A stretch of 56,496 nucleotides of DNA from Vicugna vicugna. Lineage: Eukaryota. The notes under the pieces are model-generated. The model was not told where the DNA came from and searched no databases. It saw only the letters and a list, made by a program, of their open reading frames with translations. Position numbers and translations under genes: made by a program. Positions 25,310 through 37,157 of this stretch are shown here, piece by piece. The stretch is from contig MU058441.1 in NCBI GenBank assembly GCA_013265495.1, positions 372,001 through 428,496 on the forward strand, in the 5' to 3' direction. The first letter of the stretch is position 1. Each line of letters opens with the position of its first letter.

Positions 25310-25870
25310 CGCATGTACATTTCAATTTTCTTGAAGTATAGTTTACATACAAGAAAATGTGCCCATTTAAAATGCACAGTTCAGTGAATTTTGACACTTA
25401 CAAGCATCCATACAATCTTCACCCAAATCCAATTCTGGAATAATTTCACCACCTCACAATCTGCTGTGACCCCTTGCAATCAAGCTCGCATCCTCTACCA
25501 CTGGTCTGATTTCTATCTGATTTTTATCACTATAGGTGAGATCTGCCTGATTTAGAACTTTATTAAATAGAATCATTTAGTATGTACTCTTTTGCATCTG
25601 GTGTCTTTAGCACTGCGCATTGTTTTATAGATTAAGCTATATAATTCTGTGTATATGTAGTTTGTTTTTTTTATTACTGATTAGTTTTCCATTGTATAAA
25701 TATAGCACAATTTGTTCACTCATTCACCTTTTGATAGACATTTGAATTGTACCCAGTTTTTGAAGATTATGAATTGTTGAAAAATACTCTTTTCCTCCAC
25801 TGATTACCTGGGTACCTGTGTATAAAGTCAGTTGACCATGTATAGATGGATTTAGTTCTGTCCCATTGAT
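25310..25870 (-). mobile_element. Old L1 3' fragment
   Basis: ttgaagtatagtttacatacaagaaaatgtgcccatttaaaatgcacagttcagtgaattttgaca. Confidence 0.75.
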
Positions 25871-26867
25871 CTATATATATCTCTTACTTACCTATCACTG
25901 TCAGACATTCACATCATTCTCTCTCTGCCACATCATTTTCCCCTATTGTATTCTCATATCTACCGTGTCTTATCTAACCTGCCCTGATCCCAAAGGGATC
26001 TTTTTATGCTCTTTATTTATAGCAATGCATTTTGGTTTCTTTAATGTCATTCACTTGAAATTCATTTTTTCTATTAAAAGATAATGCATGTTGTGTGCAT
26101 TTATTATCACAATGTATTTTTCTTACTTTAGTAATGTTAAACAGAATTCTCCCCACGTTCTTTTAATATTATGGCTATAAAATTTTTGAGCTCTTTACTT
26201 TCATCAATTCCTTGATTAGTTGGATTATATCTTCAAGTCATTTTAAAAATAAAAATGGTACCTGAATGCTGTATTTCTTGAATTTTCCAATATTTCAGAT
26301 TTTCCTTATATCTGAAGGACAACTTAGAATTTTGTAGACTTCTGTTTCCCAATTTTCCAAAATTAATGTGGAAAATTCTGAATAAGGCTGACTACTCCCT
26401 CTTCCCTCTGCCCCTTATATGGGCCGTCTTCTCCTCACCTGAAGCTCATAGGATTATTTCTACAAACTTTAAATTTCATAACTTCATCAGATTTTGTTTT
26501 TGTATTAGCTGACCTTTGTTACAGTTTTTTTTTCATAACACAGAAAACCCCTTTTGATTTGTAGGTCTGCCTCTTTTCTTATTTCAAGAGAGTTTTTTTT
26601 TCACTGTTACATCTTTGATTATTACTGTTGTTTCTTTCCCCCCTGTTCTCTACTTTAATAAGACCAATAATTTTTGTAGCAGATTTGAAACTTATGCAAC
26701 ACAATCAATTCAGACAAAAATTATAACTTTATTTTCTACAAATTAAGAAGAGAAACAGAATTTGCAATATTATGATTCTATAAATATTATCACTGCAGAA
26801 GCAAGATATATGATTGAACTCAGATTTTTAGAAAATGAAACCCAATGTCAATAAACTTCTGACATTC

Positions 26868-27147
26868 TAATAGACTCACAGACATAGAATACAGACTTGT
26901 GGTTGCCAAGGGGGTAGGGGGTGGGAAGAGATAGACTGGGATTTCAAAATTGTAGAATAGATAAACAAGATTATACTGTATAGCACAGGGAAATATATAC
27001 AAGATCTCATGGTAGCTCACAGAGAAAGGAATGTGACAATGAATATAGATATGTTCATGTATAATTGAAAAATTGTGCTCTACACTGGAATTTGACACAA
27101 CATTGTAAAATGATTATAAATCAATAAAAAAGTTAAATAAATAAATA
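26868..27147 (+). mobile_element. Young L1 3' end
   Basis: agactcacagacatagaatacagacttgtggttgccaaggggg... ending in a (TAAA)n tail. TSD aataaacttctg(a/t)cattc at 26850-26867 and 27148-27165. Confidence 0.9.
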
Positions 27148-27734
27148 AATAAACTTCTGTCATTCAAAGTAAAAGTTACAAGCTTAGTTTCAAATCAGAC
27201 TGTCTTTATTATACTCCATCAAATCTATCCACATTTCACTTGTTCATATTTATTTCACATACAAATCTCTCCCTCCCTCCCTGCCCCACTTTCTTAATTA
27301 TTCTCTCTCTTATTCTTTCTTTTCCTTCTTTCCTTCCTCCTCTCCTTTTTGAGAGCATTTGAGATAACTTTCAGATATCAAGACATTTAAACACTATATT
27401 CAGCATTCCAGAGCCCCTAGAAACAAGAACAGCCTCGTACATAACTGCAGTAGCACTGTCACATCTAAGAAACTTAACATTAATACACAGATATAATATG
27501 CAATCTGTATGCAAACTTCCCCAATGATAAAGACTGGTTCTTTTTTTTTTTTAAGTTTTCAACTTTCATTCAGAATTTGGTATCACAGACATAACCTACG
27601 TAGCCACAACGGCAGATCTCCCCTAAAGGCTTATTCTTCGCCTTTGTATTGAGTTTATTTTTTAGGATGGGAAGGATTTGAATATATTTATCTCATCACA
27701 CTCAATAATGTCACAGGCTGAAAGTCTCGTTCTT

Positions 27735-28280
27735 TATTAGAAATTTGTTAACATATAATTGATACACCATACCATCCACCCACTTAAAGTACAACTTTAT
27801 TATATATTAAGAGCTGTGAAACCATCACCACAATTTTAGAACATTTTCATTACCTCCAAAGAAATCCCATGGCCGTTAACAATCACTATGCATTTTCCCC
27901 TAGCTATCGCCAATCTACTTTACGTCTCTATGGATTTACCTATTTTCATAGTTCAAATAAATAGAATCATACCATATGTGGCTTTTGTGACTGGCTTCTT
28001 TCAGTTGTTTTTAAGGTTCATCCATATTATAGTACGTATTAGTATTTCATTTATTTTTATTGCTGAATAATATTCCATTGTATGGATAAACCACATTTCA
28101 TTTATTCAGCTCTCAGTTGATGGTTGTTTCCACTTTAGGGCTACTGTGAATAGTGCAGCTATGAACATTCATATACAAGTATTTGATACCTCAGCTTTTT
28201 TAGGTACATATCTGGGAGTGGCATTGCTGTGTAACATGGTAATTCTCTATATAACTTTTTGAGGAATCACCAAACTATAT
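27735..28280 (-). mobile_element. L1 (L1MB-like) 3' fragment
   Basis: ttttagaacattttcattacctcc..., ttgctgaataatattccattgtatggataaaccacattt. Confidence 0.75.
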
Positions 28281-29089
28281 CACTCATCTTTCCCCCTTCC
28301 CAATGACCCTCATCCTCTGCCTTCCTCCAAACCTATATCTCAGTCACAATGAACTTCATTTACTTTGTAAAAAGCTCCAGGCTCTCTCACCTCTAGGCTT
28401 TTCCATTTACCATTTCCTCTCTCTGGATGCTTTCATGCCCTTTTCCTGAAAAACTCCTCAGATACCACTGAACTTTCATTAACAAAATGTCCTCTCTGCC
28501 CCCCTGGATAAGGTTAGGTGTCCTTGATAGGTACTCCCACCACATCCTATATTTCCCCTATGATAACATTTGTAACACTTGATAGTAGCTTGTTTTGTTG
28601 TAATGTCTGCCAGCTAGACTGTAAGTTCCCAGAAGTCAGGGACCATGTCTTCCTTGGCCACTCTATGTCCCATCGCACATGGTACAATGTCTTATACATG
28701 GCAGTTACCTAGTGAATATTTCTTGAAGAAATTCATTAATGAATTAATGAGAAAGTATTTCCTGGATGAATCATTCAACACATTATTTGCTATCATGGAG
28801 CTTAAACTCCAGCTGAGGAGAGAAGTTCGGTGTATTAGGAAACAGTCGTTGGACAACAGAAAACAGCCGTGATCGAATGCTGTGGTATTGGATTCTGATA
28901 GCTGCTGGAGACGACCAGGCACTGCAGAAGATAGGGAAGGGAAGTGTTAGCATGGGCTCTGATGATCAAGGGAGTCTTCCGTGAGAAGCTCAGACTTGGG
29001 GTGAACCCAGGATTCCATCTCTGGACATGACTTATTCAGAAATGTGGCTCAGAACTGTGGCTCAGTAAGGCAGGTGCAAGTACTGGGTT

Positions 29090-29252
29090 TGTTACTAATG
29101 AGTTTCTTTGGGGCCCAGGGATCCCAGGGGCCAGGGCATTGTAGAAGAAATGAGTCAGAAGACAACAGTGGAGCCTCTAGCTGGCATGCACTATGTGGAA
29201 GTAGCACACAGGAAGCAGGCTCTGGAGCCACACTCAGATGAGCTGGGTAAGC
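29090..29252 (+). promoter_or_regulatory. Putative promoter and 5' exon of the third OR1E gene
   Basis: CTAATGAGTT (29095-29104), tandem O/E sites CCCAGGGA and TCCCAGGGG (29114-29130), donor CTGG|GTAAGC at 29247. Homologous to the other two promoters. Confidence 0.6.
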
Positions 29253-32200
29253 TGGGAGGGCAGAAGAGGTAGTTGGTCTAAAATCCCCTGTAACAGATAT
29301 TAGGATTCCATAACTCTATAGTGCAACTCCTGCAGATGATTTAGAAGCCATCCTCCTCATTGTTTTCCACTCTCAGCAGTGATTCCTTCCTTTAACAGTA
29401 ATTGGGAATCACCAGAGTTGTTAATAGGAACTAGTAAATGGTGTATTTGTGGAGTACTTTATATTTTGCAAACACCCCATTCCAAACCCAAATCTGTGAG
29501 GTGTGTAAGATTCGCTGGTGGTGGCGTGTAAGGTTGGAGAAGTTCAGCAATTTGCCAAGATCACAGCCCAGTAAATAATGGAGTCTGACTCCTCTGGGCT
29601 CCTGAATATTTTGGTTGGGGGTGAGGTAAACAGAGTGTAAGAGCTCATCCTGGGGGCCCCTTTCCATGAAGCCAGTTTTCTTCACCCTCTATTGAGCTGT
29701 CCTAATACTAATATCTTTAACAAGGAATGGACTCCTAGTTTGAGAGGAAATCTTCACTATTTCAGTTCCAGTCTGTCCCTCTGGGCCAGTAGCTTCTTCC
29801 ATCCCACAGTGCTCCTTCATACCTTCTCTACTAGCACCAAGACACTGGGCTCATTGGATAGGGAGGGGAATTGGGGTGGGGGTACTTGGGAAAATGCTGC
29901 ATCCTCATCACAGAACTAAACAATGACAGTAGTGAGTCTTACTAATGCTGCACTTTGTCTCACCTCCCTTTGGCATGATAAATTAGATAATGTTGTATTG
30001 CTATTAAACTGATGAGAGAATTCTGACTAGGGGAGGTTAAATTCCTTGCCCAAGGCCATGAAGCTCATAGGAGTGTAGTAAGATGACCCCAGATTCAGGG
30101 ACCTAGCATTTAAATACTGCATATGCCACACTGGGGTGCTCCCAACCTCAGCTGCTCCTCCTGATGTTCCTAGAATGTCCCATTCCCTTGTAACTCTTAC
30201 TTCCATGACTAATGTCCTCTAGGTCAATAAAGTCTTAAAAGGGAAAAGAGACAAGATTTTCATGTGGACTGGGATAGTATTAATCTAGGTAACAAAGAAA
30301 TCAAAGAGGAACTTTTCCAGTAGTTCCAGTGTCAAGAATTGGATCCAAAGCTTTGGGGTGGGGGTGGGGTTTAGTGCCTGTAGATGGTGAAAGAACTTCT
30401 CTGCCATCCAGTCTTCAGCAAGTCACACCTTCATGACATCCTGCAGTTTGAGCAGCCCCTGTAGGTCTAAATGGCCCCCCAGCTAGGCTGGCATGACGCA
30501 TGGGCTTGGATCAGTTTTGGCTTGTCCATCTCCTTCTTCGTACCCACTGAGGTGGGTGGCTGAGGGAGTGTGATGAGCTGGGTGGGTGGACAAACAGATG
30601 GGCTTTTCTTCAGAATAGGAATGCTGGGAGCAGACCAGAGAGAAGTTGGATGTGTGGTGGCAGAACGCCCACTTGGTCTTGAATTCTACTTACTCCCAGT
30701 AAAGCTAGTGGAGAGGTAGCTCAGGACAGCTACCCAGTGCTCAGGATCCTGGTGGCCCTTTGATTCTCTAGCTCCTCACTGCTCCCTAGCCTACCATCTT
30801 CTTCAACATCCAGTGGTGGATTCTTGTGGAGGAGGAAGTGTTACAGGGAGAGTCAGATTGGGAGACTTCACTGCTGTGTTTGCAGTGGTGACTAGACCCT
30901 TACCAGACTTTTGGCTAAGCAGATAAACTTGACTCTCAAGTGATCAAGACAGACACAGTCCTTGCCCTCATGGAGGGTCCTCTCTAGAGGTTATATTATA
31001 TAAAGCAGCTACAGTGAGGTTTGAGCTCATGACTCCTTATTTAGAAGACTGTAGCTCTAATTGCCTGGCTGGGTGAAAAACAAAAGACAAATGCCAGTCC
31101 ACTGGCTCTGAGGGATCCAGAGAAACAACAGGAGAAGCCCAATACTGGTCTCTGGTTTCTTCAGTAAATATTGGTCATTTATGTTTTTTCCCCCTTTCTA
31201 AAATTAACCATTTCATGGAAATCATCATATTTATTGACAAATTACATACGGTATTTTCAAAAAAGTTTTCCTATCCTCTGAGTTAGTGCTTGTATCTTAT
31301 CTTCCTGCTTTCCTAGTGGCACTGCCAGGTCCACCCTCTTCTTGGGACCCACTGACCATTCTCTCCCACCCTTCTTCTGCCCCCAAGCTTGAGGAAATCT
31401 CTTTCTCATTTGCTGGGACAAAGATTCTCTTCACCTCCCAGTTCTGGCCAAGACATTTTTTCTTTACCAGCAAATTTTGTCCTCATTCCAGGGTTCTGGC
31501 TTTGGAAATAAAAACAGGGAAAACCCATGGACTATTTCTTCTTTCCTGCTGCATCTTTATCCTGAGGCAATGAACATAGAGCTGACTACCCATCTGAATG
31601 GGAAAAGTGAAAGTGAAAAGCAAGGAAAGAAAACCTTCAAAGATTAATGTCTCAAAAATTATTCTATCCATAATTTTTGAGATATTCACAAATTGAGAGA
31701 GTTCAAGGACCATTTTATTTCCCATTCCTTGAGGTGGTTGATTTGCCCCACATGTTTCACGGTTTCTGGCGTTTTTGTGCACCAAAGGGAGATCTTTCAC
31801 TCGCCCTCCTGCTCTATTACATGACCCAGAGGAAGTGGTTGTTATTTATAGATATATATATTTATATCTATATATATTTATAGATATTCTGAAGCTGACT
31901 GTAGACCTCTCTTTTCAATGATCAGATGTGTGAATAAAAAACATTTCCCATTTCCTCCCCCAGAATGCATTACTCTCAGAGCTCATTCTGTCTGTGCTCT
32001 CATCCATGAGACTTTCTCTCAATAAGACACGCTCACTTGCAATGTGTAACCAGTCCTGGAAGCACTCTTGGTTAAAAGTTAAGCTCTGAAGTTAGACTGT
32101 TGGACTTAAGTCCCAGGTCCGTTGCTTAATAGGTGTGGGACTTTAGACAAGTTACTTAATTTTTATCTTAAAAAATGGAGATAGTAGTACCTATCTCATA

Positions 32201-32788
32201 GGGTTGCTGTGAAGAGTAAATAAGTCTATGCATCTTAAGCTTTTATCTCAGCAAAAGCAAGCTCTGGCAAATATTTTCATGGTCTTATTACCACTGTCAT
32301 CAGTCATCGTCATCATTGTCATTGTCACCACCAGCACCGTCTTAATAACCATCAGCATCATTCCTGAGTGGTAAGAATGGTGACTGGTTTTCTGGTTGAT
32401 ATAATATTTGTATCCCTAAGTGAGAGGCATACAGACTTATATTACTTCCAGTCTACTTTCAGATCATGTTGATCTGACCCCACCCATGGTTCTGTTATGG
32501 AACAACATTACAGAATTCTGGAATATGATTTAATTTGACTCACTACTTTATATGTTTTTGTGCTTTTCCTTTATGTAAATATTTCTTTATATACTTGGAA
32601 TATTTAAAATAAGGTATTAAACTTAACTCTTATGACATATGAGTATTTAATTAAAAATATCTTTTTGGAAGTTCTGCAATATGTATATACATGCATGTGT
32701 GTATGTCTGTGTGTGTGTGTATATATATATATACAGGCTCATACTTTCATACAAATTATTACTTTTAAAAAGGTAAAACAAAAACAAC

Positions 32789-33739
32789 ATGAAAATTGGA
32801 AACCAAACTGTCATCTCAGAGTTCCTCCTCCTGGGCCTGCCCATTGAACCAGATCAGCGAGACCTGTTCTATGCTCTGTTCCTGGCCATGTATCTTACCA
32901 CCATCCTTGGGAACCTCCTCATCATTGTCCTCATTCGACTGGACTCTCACCTCCACACACCCATGTATTTGTTTCTCAGCAATTTGTCTTTCTCTGACCT
33001 CTGCTTCTCCTCTGTCACAATGCCCAAATTGCTGCAGAACATGCAGAAGGAACACCCATCCATCCCCTATGCAGGATGCCTGACCCAAATGTACTTCTTC
33101 CTGCTTTTTGCAGACCTAGAGAGCTTCCTCCTTGTGGCCATGGCCTATGACCGCTATGTGGCCATCTGCTTCCCCCTGCACTACACCACCATCATGAGCC
33201 CCAAGCTCTGTCTGTCCCTGGTGGTGCTGTCCTGGGTGCTGACCATATTCATCTCTTTGTCGCACACCTTGCTGATGGCTCGACTGTCTTTCTGTGCTGA
33301 TAATGTGATCCCCCACTTTTTCTGTGACATGTCAGCTCTGCTAAAGTTGGCCTGCTCTGACATTCAGATAAATGAAATGGTGATTTTTCTCTTGGGTGGG
33401 CTTGTCATTATTGTTCCATTTCTGTTGATCTTTTTATCCTATGCACAAATAGTGTCCTCCATCCTTAAGGTCCCTTCTGCCAGGGGTATCCGCAAGGCCT
33501 TCTCCACCTGTGGCTCCCACCTCTCTGTGGTGTCTCTCTTTTATGGGACAATCATTGGCCTCTACTTGTGCCCTTCAGCTAACTATTCTACTGTTAAGGA
33601 GACTCTCATGGCTGTGATGTACACTGTGGTGACTCCCATGCTGAACCCCTTTATTTACAGTCTGAGGAATCAAGACATAAAGGGAGCCCTGGGAAGAGCC
33701 TTTTCAAAGCAGACAATTCACTTTTCTCTGGGACAGTGA
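32789..33739 (+). CDS. Olfactory receptor OR1E-like, intact, 316 aa
   Basis: NQT sequon and all OR motifs ([38 protein letters not shown]). Acceptor-like AG at 32771-32772, 16 nt before the ATG as in the paralogs. Confidence 0.95.
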   Translation: MKIGNQTVISEFLLLGLPIEPDQRDLFYALFLAMYLTTILGNLLIIVLIRLDSHLHTPMYLFLSNLSFSDLCFSSVTMPKLLQNMQKEHPSIPYAGCLTQMYFFLLFADLESFLLVAMAYDRYVAICFPLHYTTIMSPKLCLSLVVLSWVLTIFISLSHTLLMARLSFCADNVIPHFFCDMSALLKLACSDIQINEMVIFLLGGLVIIVPFLLIFLSYAQIVSSILKVPSARGIRKAFSTCGSHLSVVSLFYGTIIGLYLCPSANYSTVKETLMAVMYTVVTPMLNPFIYSLRNQDIKGALGRAFSKQTIHFSLGQ

Positions 33740-36212
33740 CTTTAAAGATTAAAGTATGTTTTCAGATAGTAGGTGTAATACTGACAATAAATAGCATTCT
33801 GAATAGTCTAGGAGCACTCAAGCTTGGCACTGCTAATGCAGCCCCCACAGCACTTCCAAGGGGTGTTTTCCCAAATGTAGTTAGATGAGGGTCCATTATG
33901 CCTCTTGGGTTTACCACTGTGTCTTGGGTGTGATGTAGCACAAGGGCTGACATGTAGTGGACACTCGATGACTGTTAGTTCGATTTTGAATAAATACGAC
34001 TGTAACCTTGGTGTTTACTGCACTCAAAGAATGTATAATAGTTCCTAATTCTCTAGAAGATAAATCGAAATTCCTCAGCCACTTCAGTGCTTTGCTTTTG
34101 CCAAACATATCTGTTCCATGAAGAATATCTTCCAATTTATTATGTGGTTGCTATTGTAATAGTTTACTCTCCAGAATCATCATGTCTCCCCTTGCTAGCC
34201 CATTCAGTTCTTCATTTTATTTTCAGTTGTTGATTGAGTCACCCTTTTAATGACCACATTCTAAAATTATCTCTTTCCCTTTAATTGTACCAATCATTTA
34301 TCTGTTAATGGCAAATTACTTCTTTTGATAATGTCTATATTTTGGATGAGAATTCCTCTTTTGAATTAAAATCATATGATATGGAATGGACCGTAGAATT
34401 CTGTTATGAATTTCTTAATTTATACACAGTAAAACGGTGGCCCATCTAGAGCCAAAGGTAACACAAATAGTGATAGAAGGACTAGAATCTATTTATGATC
34501 CCTGGGTAGAGTTTTTCCCCTGGAATATTATGCTGAAATTACTTGATGCTTTTTTTGTTTACTTCTTTTCTTATCACGTATATTGCAAGTGTCTTGAAGA
34601 CAGGTGCCTTGTGCCTTCTAATCCCTGCAATGCCTCATTCAGTGCCTTGTATCTGTTAGACAAAGAATAAATATTTATTGATTTGATTTGAATGTATTTT
34701 GGTGTGTTTCTTGAAATGAATTTATGTCTTAAAACTCTCACATTTTAAAAGAAGTCTTCCTAATAATGCCAGCTTTTATTTCATTTCTTCTTGAGAAAAT
34801 TTTATTGATTATGAAAATAATGCATTCTCACCAGGAAATATCCAAACAGCAAAGAAATAAATAATAGAGTGGAATGTGTGGATCTCCCATTGTTCTGCAC
34901 TTCCTTCCATAATGGCAGTTAAAAGTTGGGGAGTACTCTTCTAAATATTGTCAATGCACAGACTAACTTTATATACAACAGATCAATAGGACTAGCTGCC
35001 ATTTTCTCACTGTTGTTACTTGAAATATATTCTGAATTCATCATTTCATATAAAGACATGTAACTATTTTAGAAGCACTATAGTGTTTTGTTGAACGGGT
35101 GCATTTACCATAATTTATTTAAGCAATTTATTCTTGATGGACATTTGGGTTGTTTTCAGTTTTTTATTATTTTGAGCAATGCTTCAGTTTTATTTCCTGG
35201 TTCATATGTGTTTTGTGTGTGTGTGTGTGTGTGTGTGGACTTATGCTGTGTTACTATGGACACATTCTTAGAAATGAGTGTACTCAAGCAAAGGATGTGA
35301 ATTTTTATAATTGGATAGAAACCACCTCCAAAGAGTTCTTCTAAGGTAGACACCCTTCAGAATTAAATGAGAGCAGTTATTTCTTTACAATGTTTCCCAA
35401 ACTGGATATTTTGCTTTCAAAATATTTATCAACCTTATGTCCCAAACTATGAGGTTTTTCTATTTTTAAATTGAATTTCTGTGTATGTCAGTGACGTCAA
35501 ACACTTCTTTATACTGATGAGCTTTTGATGTGTTATTTGTGCATATTCTTTGCTTTGAGTCGCGTTTTTCCCTATGAATAGCATTGCTTTATCTGTCTTG
35601 TAGGTTGCATTTCCCTCAGTTATTCATCTTTTGACTTTGATATGGTGTATTTTCCCCTCGCTGAAGATTGTGAATTTCAAAGTAGACAAATCACTTGATC
35701 TTTATTTCGGATATACTTTTTTTCTTTGACATGCTTGGAGAGGGCTCTTCTATCCTGAAATTGTGTTATCCCATTTTTATCCCTAGTTCCTATAAACTTG
35801 TAGTTTCTGCATCTCTATCCTTGATCCACCTTCAGATCTATCTTGTTATATCCCAATAAAAACGTTGTTGGGAAATAAACTGAAGTTATGTTGAATTATT
35901 ACATTGATTTATGAGGGAGAGTTGGCTATTTATAAAGTTGTTTTATAAACTCCAAAATTTAAAAGTAGACTCTATTTCAAACATCCAGACAATACAGAGA
36001 CGAATTTCGCTTATTGCTCTGTACCTATCCCTGTGAATAGACACCTTGTCACGTTTGCTTCAGGTCTAATTTTTAATTTAACAAGAAATTAAGACACTGT
36101 AGGACTAAAAATTGCTAGTGCCTTGGAAAGCTAAAACAAAACGGGGGCAAGGGTAGAGGGTAGCTCTCTTGTAGTCATTATTGTTGAAACGCCAGTGAAT
36201 CCAGACCTGCCC

Positions 36213-37157
36213 TCACACCTCTTGGGGTGCAGCTCTCCATCGGAGCCCCCTTTTTAGGGCGTCCTTGACTTCTTTGTTGCGAAGGCTGTAGATGAAAGGG
36301 TTCAGGGTCGGTGTGACTACTGCATAGACCACGCTAGCCAGGCGGTCGTAGCGGGCAGAGTAGGCAGACGACGGCCGGAAATAGACCGAGAGTACCGAGC
36401 TGAAGAAAAGCGACACCACCACCAGGTGGGCCCCGCAGGTGGAGAAGGCGCGGCGCCGCCCCTCGGCAGACCGCACTGCCAGCACCGCGACGAGGATGCC
36501 CACGTAGGACAGGGACACCAGGAGCAGCGGGGTCAGCACCACGGCCAGGCCCTCGGAGAAGACGGCTGTCTCCACGGCAGACGTGTCCGAGGTCGCCAGG
36601 CTCAGCAACACCGTCATGTCACAGAAGAAGTGGCGCACGGGGGCGGATCGCGGGTAGGAGAGCTCGGACATGAGCAGCGTGTGCAGCAGCGAGTGCAGGT
36701 GGGCCACCGCCCAGGACGCCCGCACCAGCGCTGCGGACCGCCAGGGCGTCATGACCGCGCCGTAGTGCAGGGGGCGGCAGACGGCCACTGCGCGGTCGTA
36801 GGACATGGCGGCCAGCAGGTAGCTCTCGCTGATGCCGAAAGCCCCGAAGAAGTACATCTGGGCAAGGCATCCCTGGAAGGACACGGCCTGGCCCGGGTGG
36901 AGCAGGCCGGCCATCAGTCTGGGGACCGTGACGGTGGTAAAGCAGAGGTCCACGAGGCTCAGGTGGCCCAAGAAGTAATACATGGGGGAGCGGAGAGCCC
37001 CGTCAGACCTTACCACCACCACCATGCTCAGGTTGCCCAGGGCATTGACCAGGTAGACACCAAGGAAGATCAGGAACAACAAAGGGTGGATGTCTGTCCC
37101 ATCCATCAGGCCCAGGAGGAGGAACTCTGGGGCAGAGGTGCGGTTGGCCAGGGCCAT
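36213..37157 (-). CDS. OR1R1: Olfactory receptor, probable OR1R1 ortholog, intact, 314 aa, CpG-island-like
   Basis: NRT sequon, [55 protein letters not shown]. Very GC/CpG-rich. Convergent position next to OR1E genes as for human OR1R1P. Acceptor cctcctctctcccctcAG at 37183-37182. Confidence 0.85.
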   Translation of the reverse strand: MALANRTSAPEFLLLGLMDGTDIHPLLFLIFLGVYLVNALGNLSMVVVVRSDGALRSPMYYFLGHLSLVDLCFTTVTVPRLMAGLLHPGQAVSFQGCLAQMYFFGAFGISESYLLAAMSYDRAVAVCRPLHYGAVMTPWRSAALVRASWAVAHLHSLLHTLLMSELSYPRSAPVRHFFCDMTVLLSLATSDTSAVETAVFSEGLAVVLTPLLLVSLSYVGILVAVLAVRSAEGRRRAFSTCGAHLVVVSLFFSSVLSVYFRPSSAYSARYDRLASVVYAVVTPTLNPFIYSLRNKEVKDALKRGLRWRAAPQEV

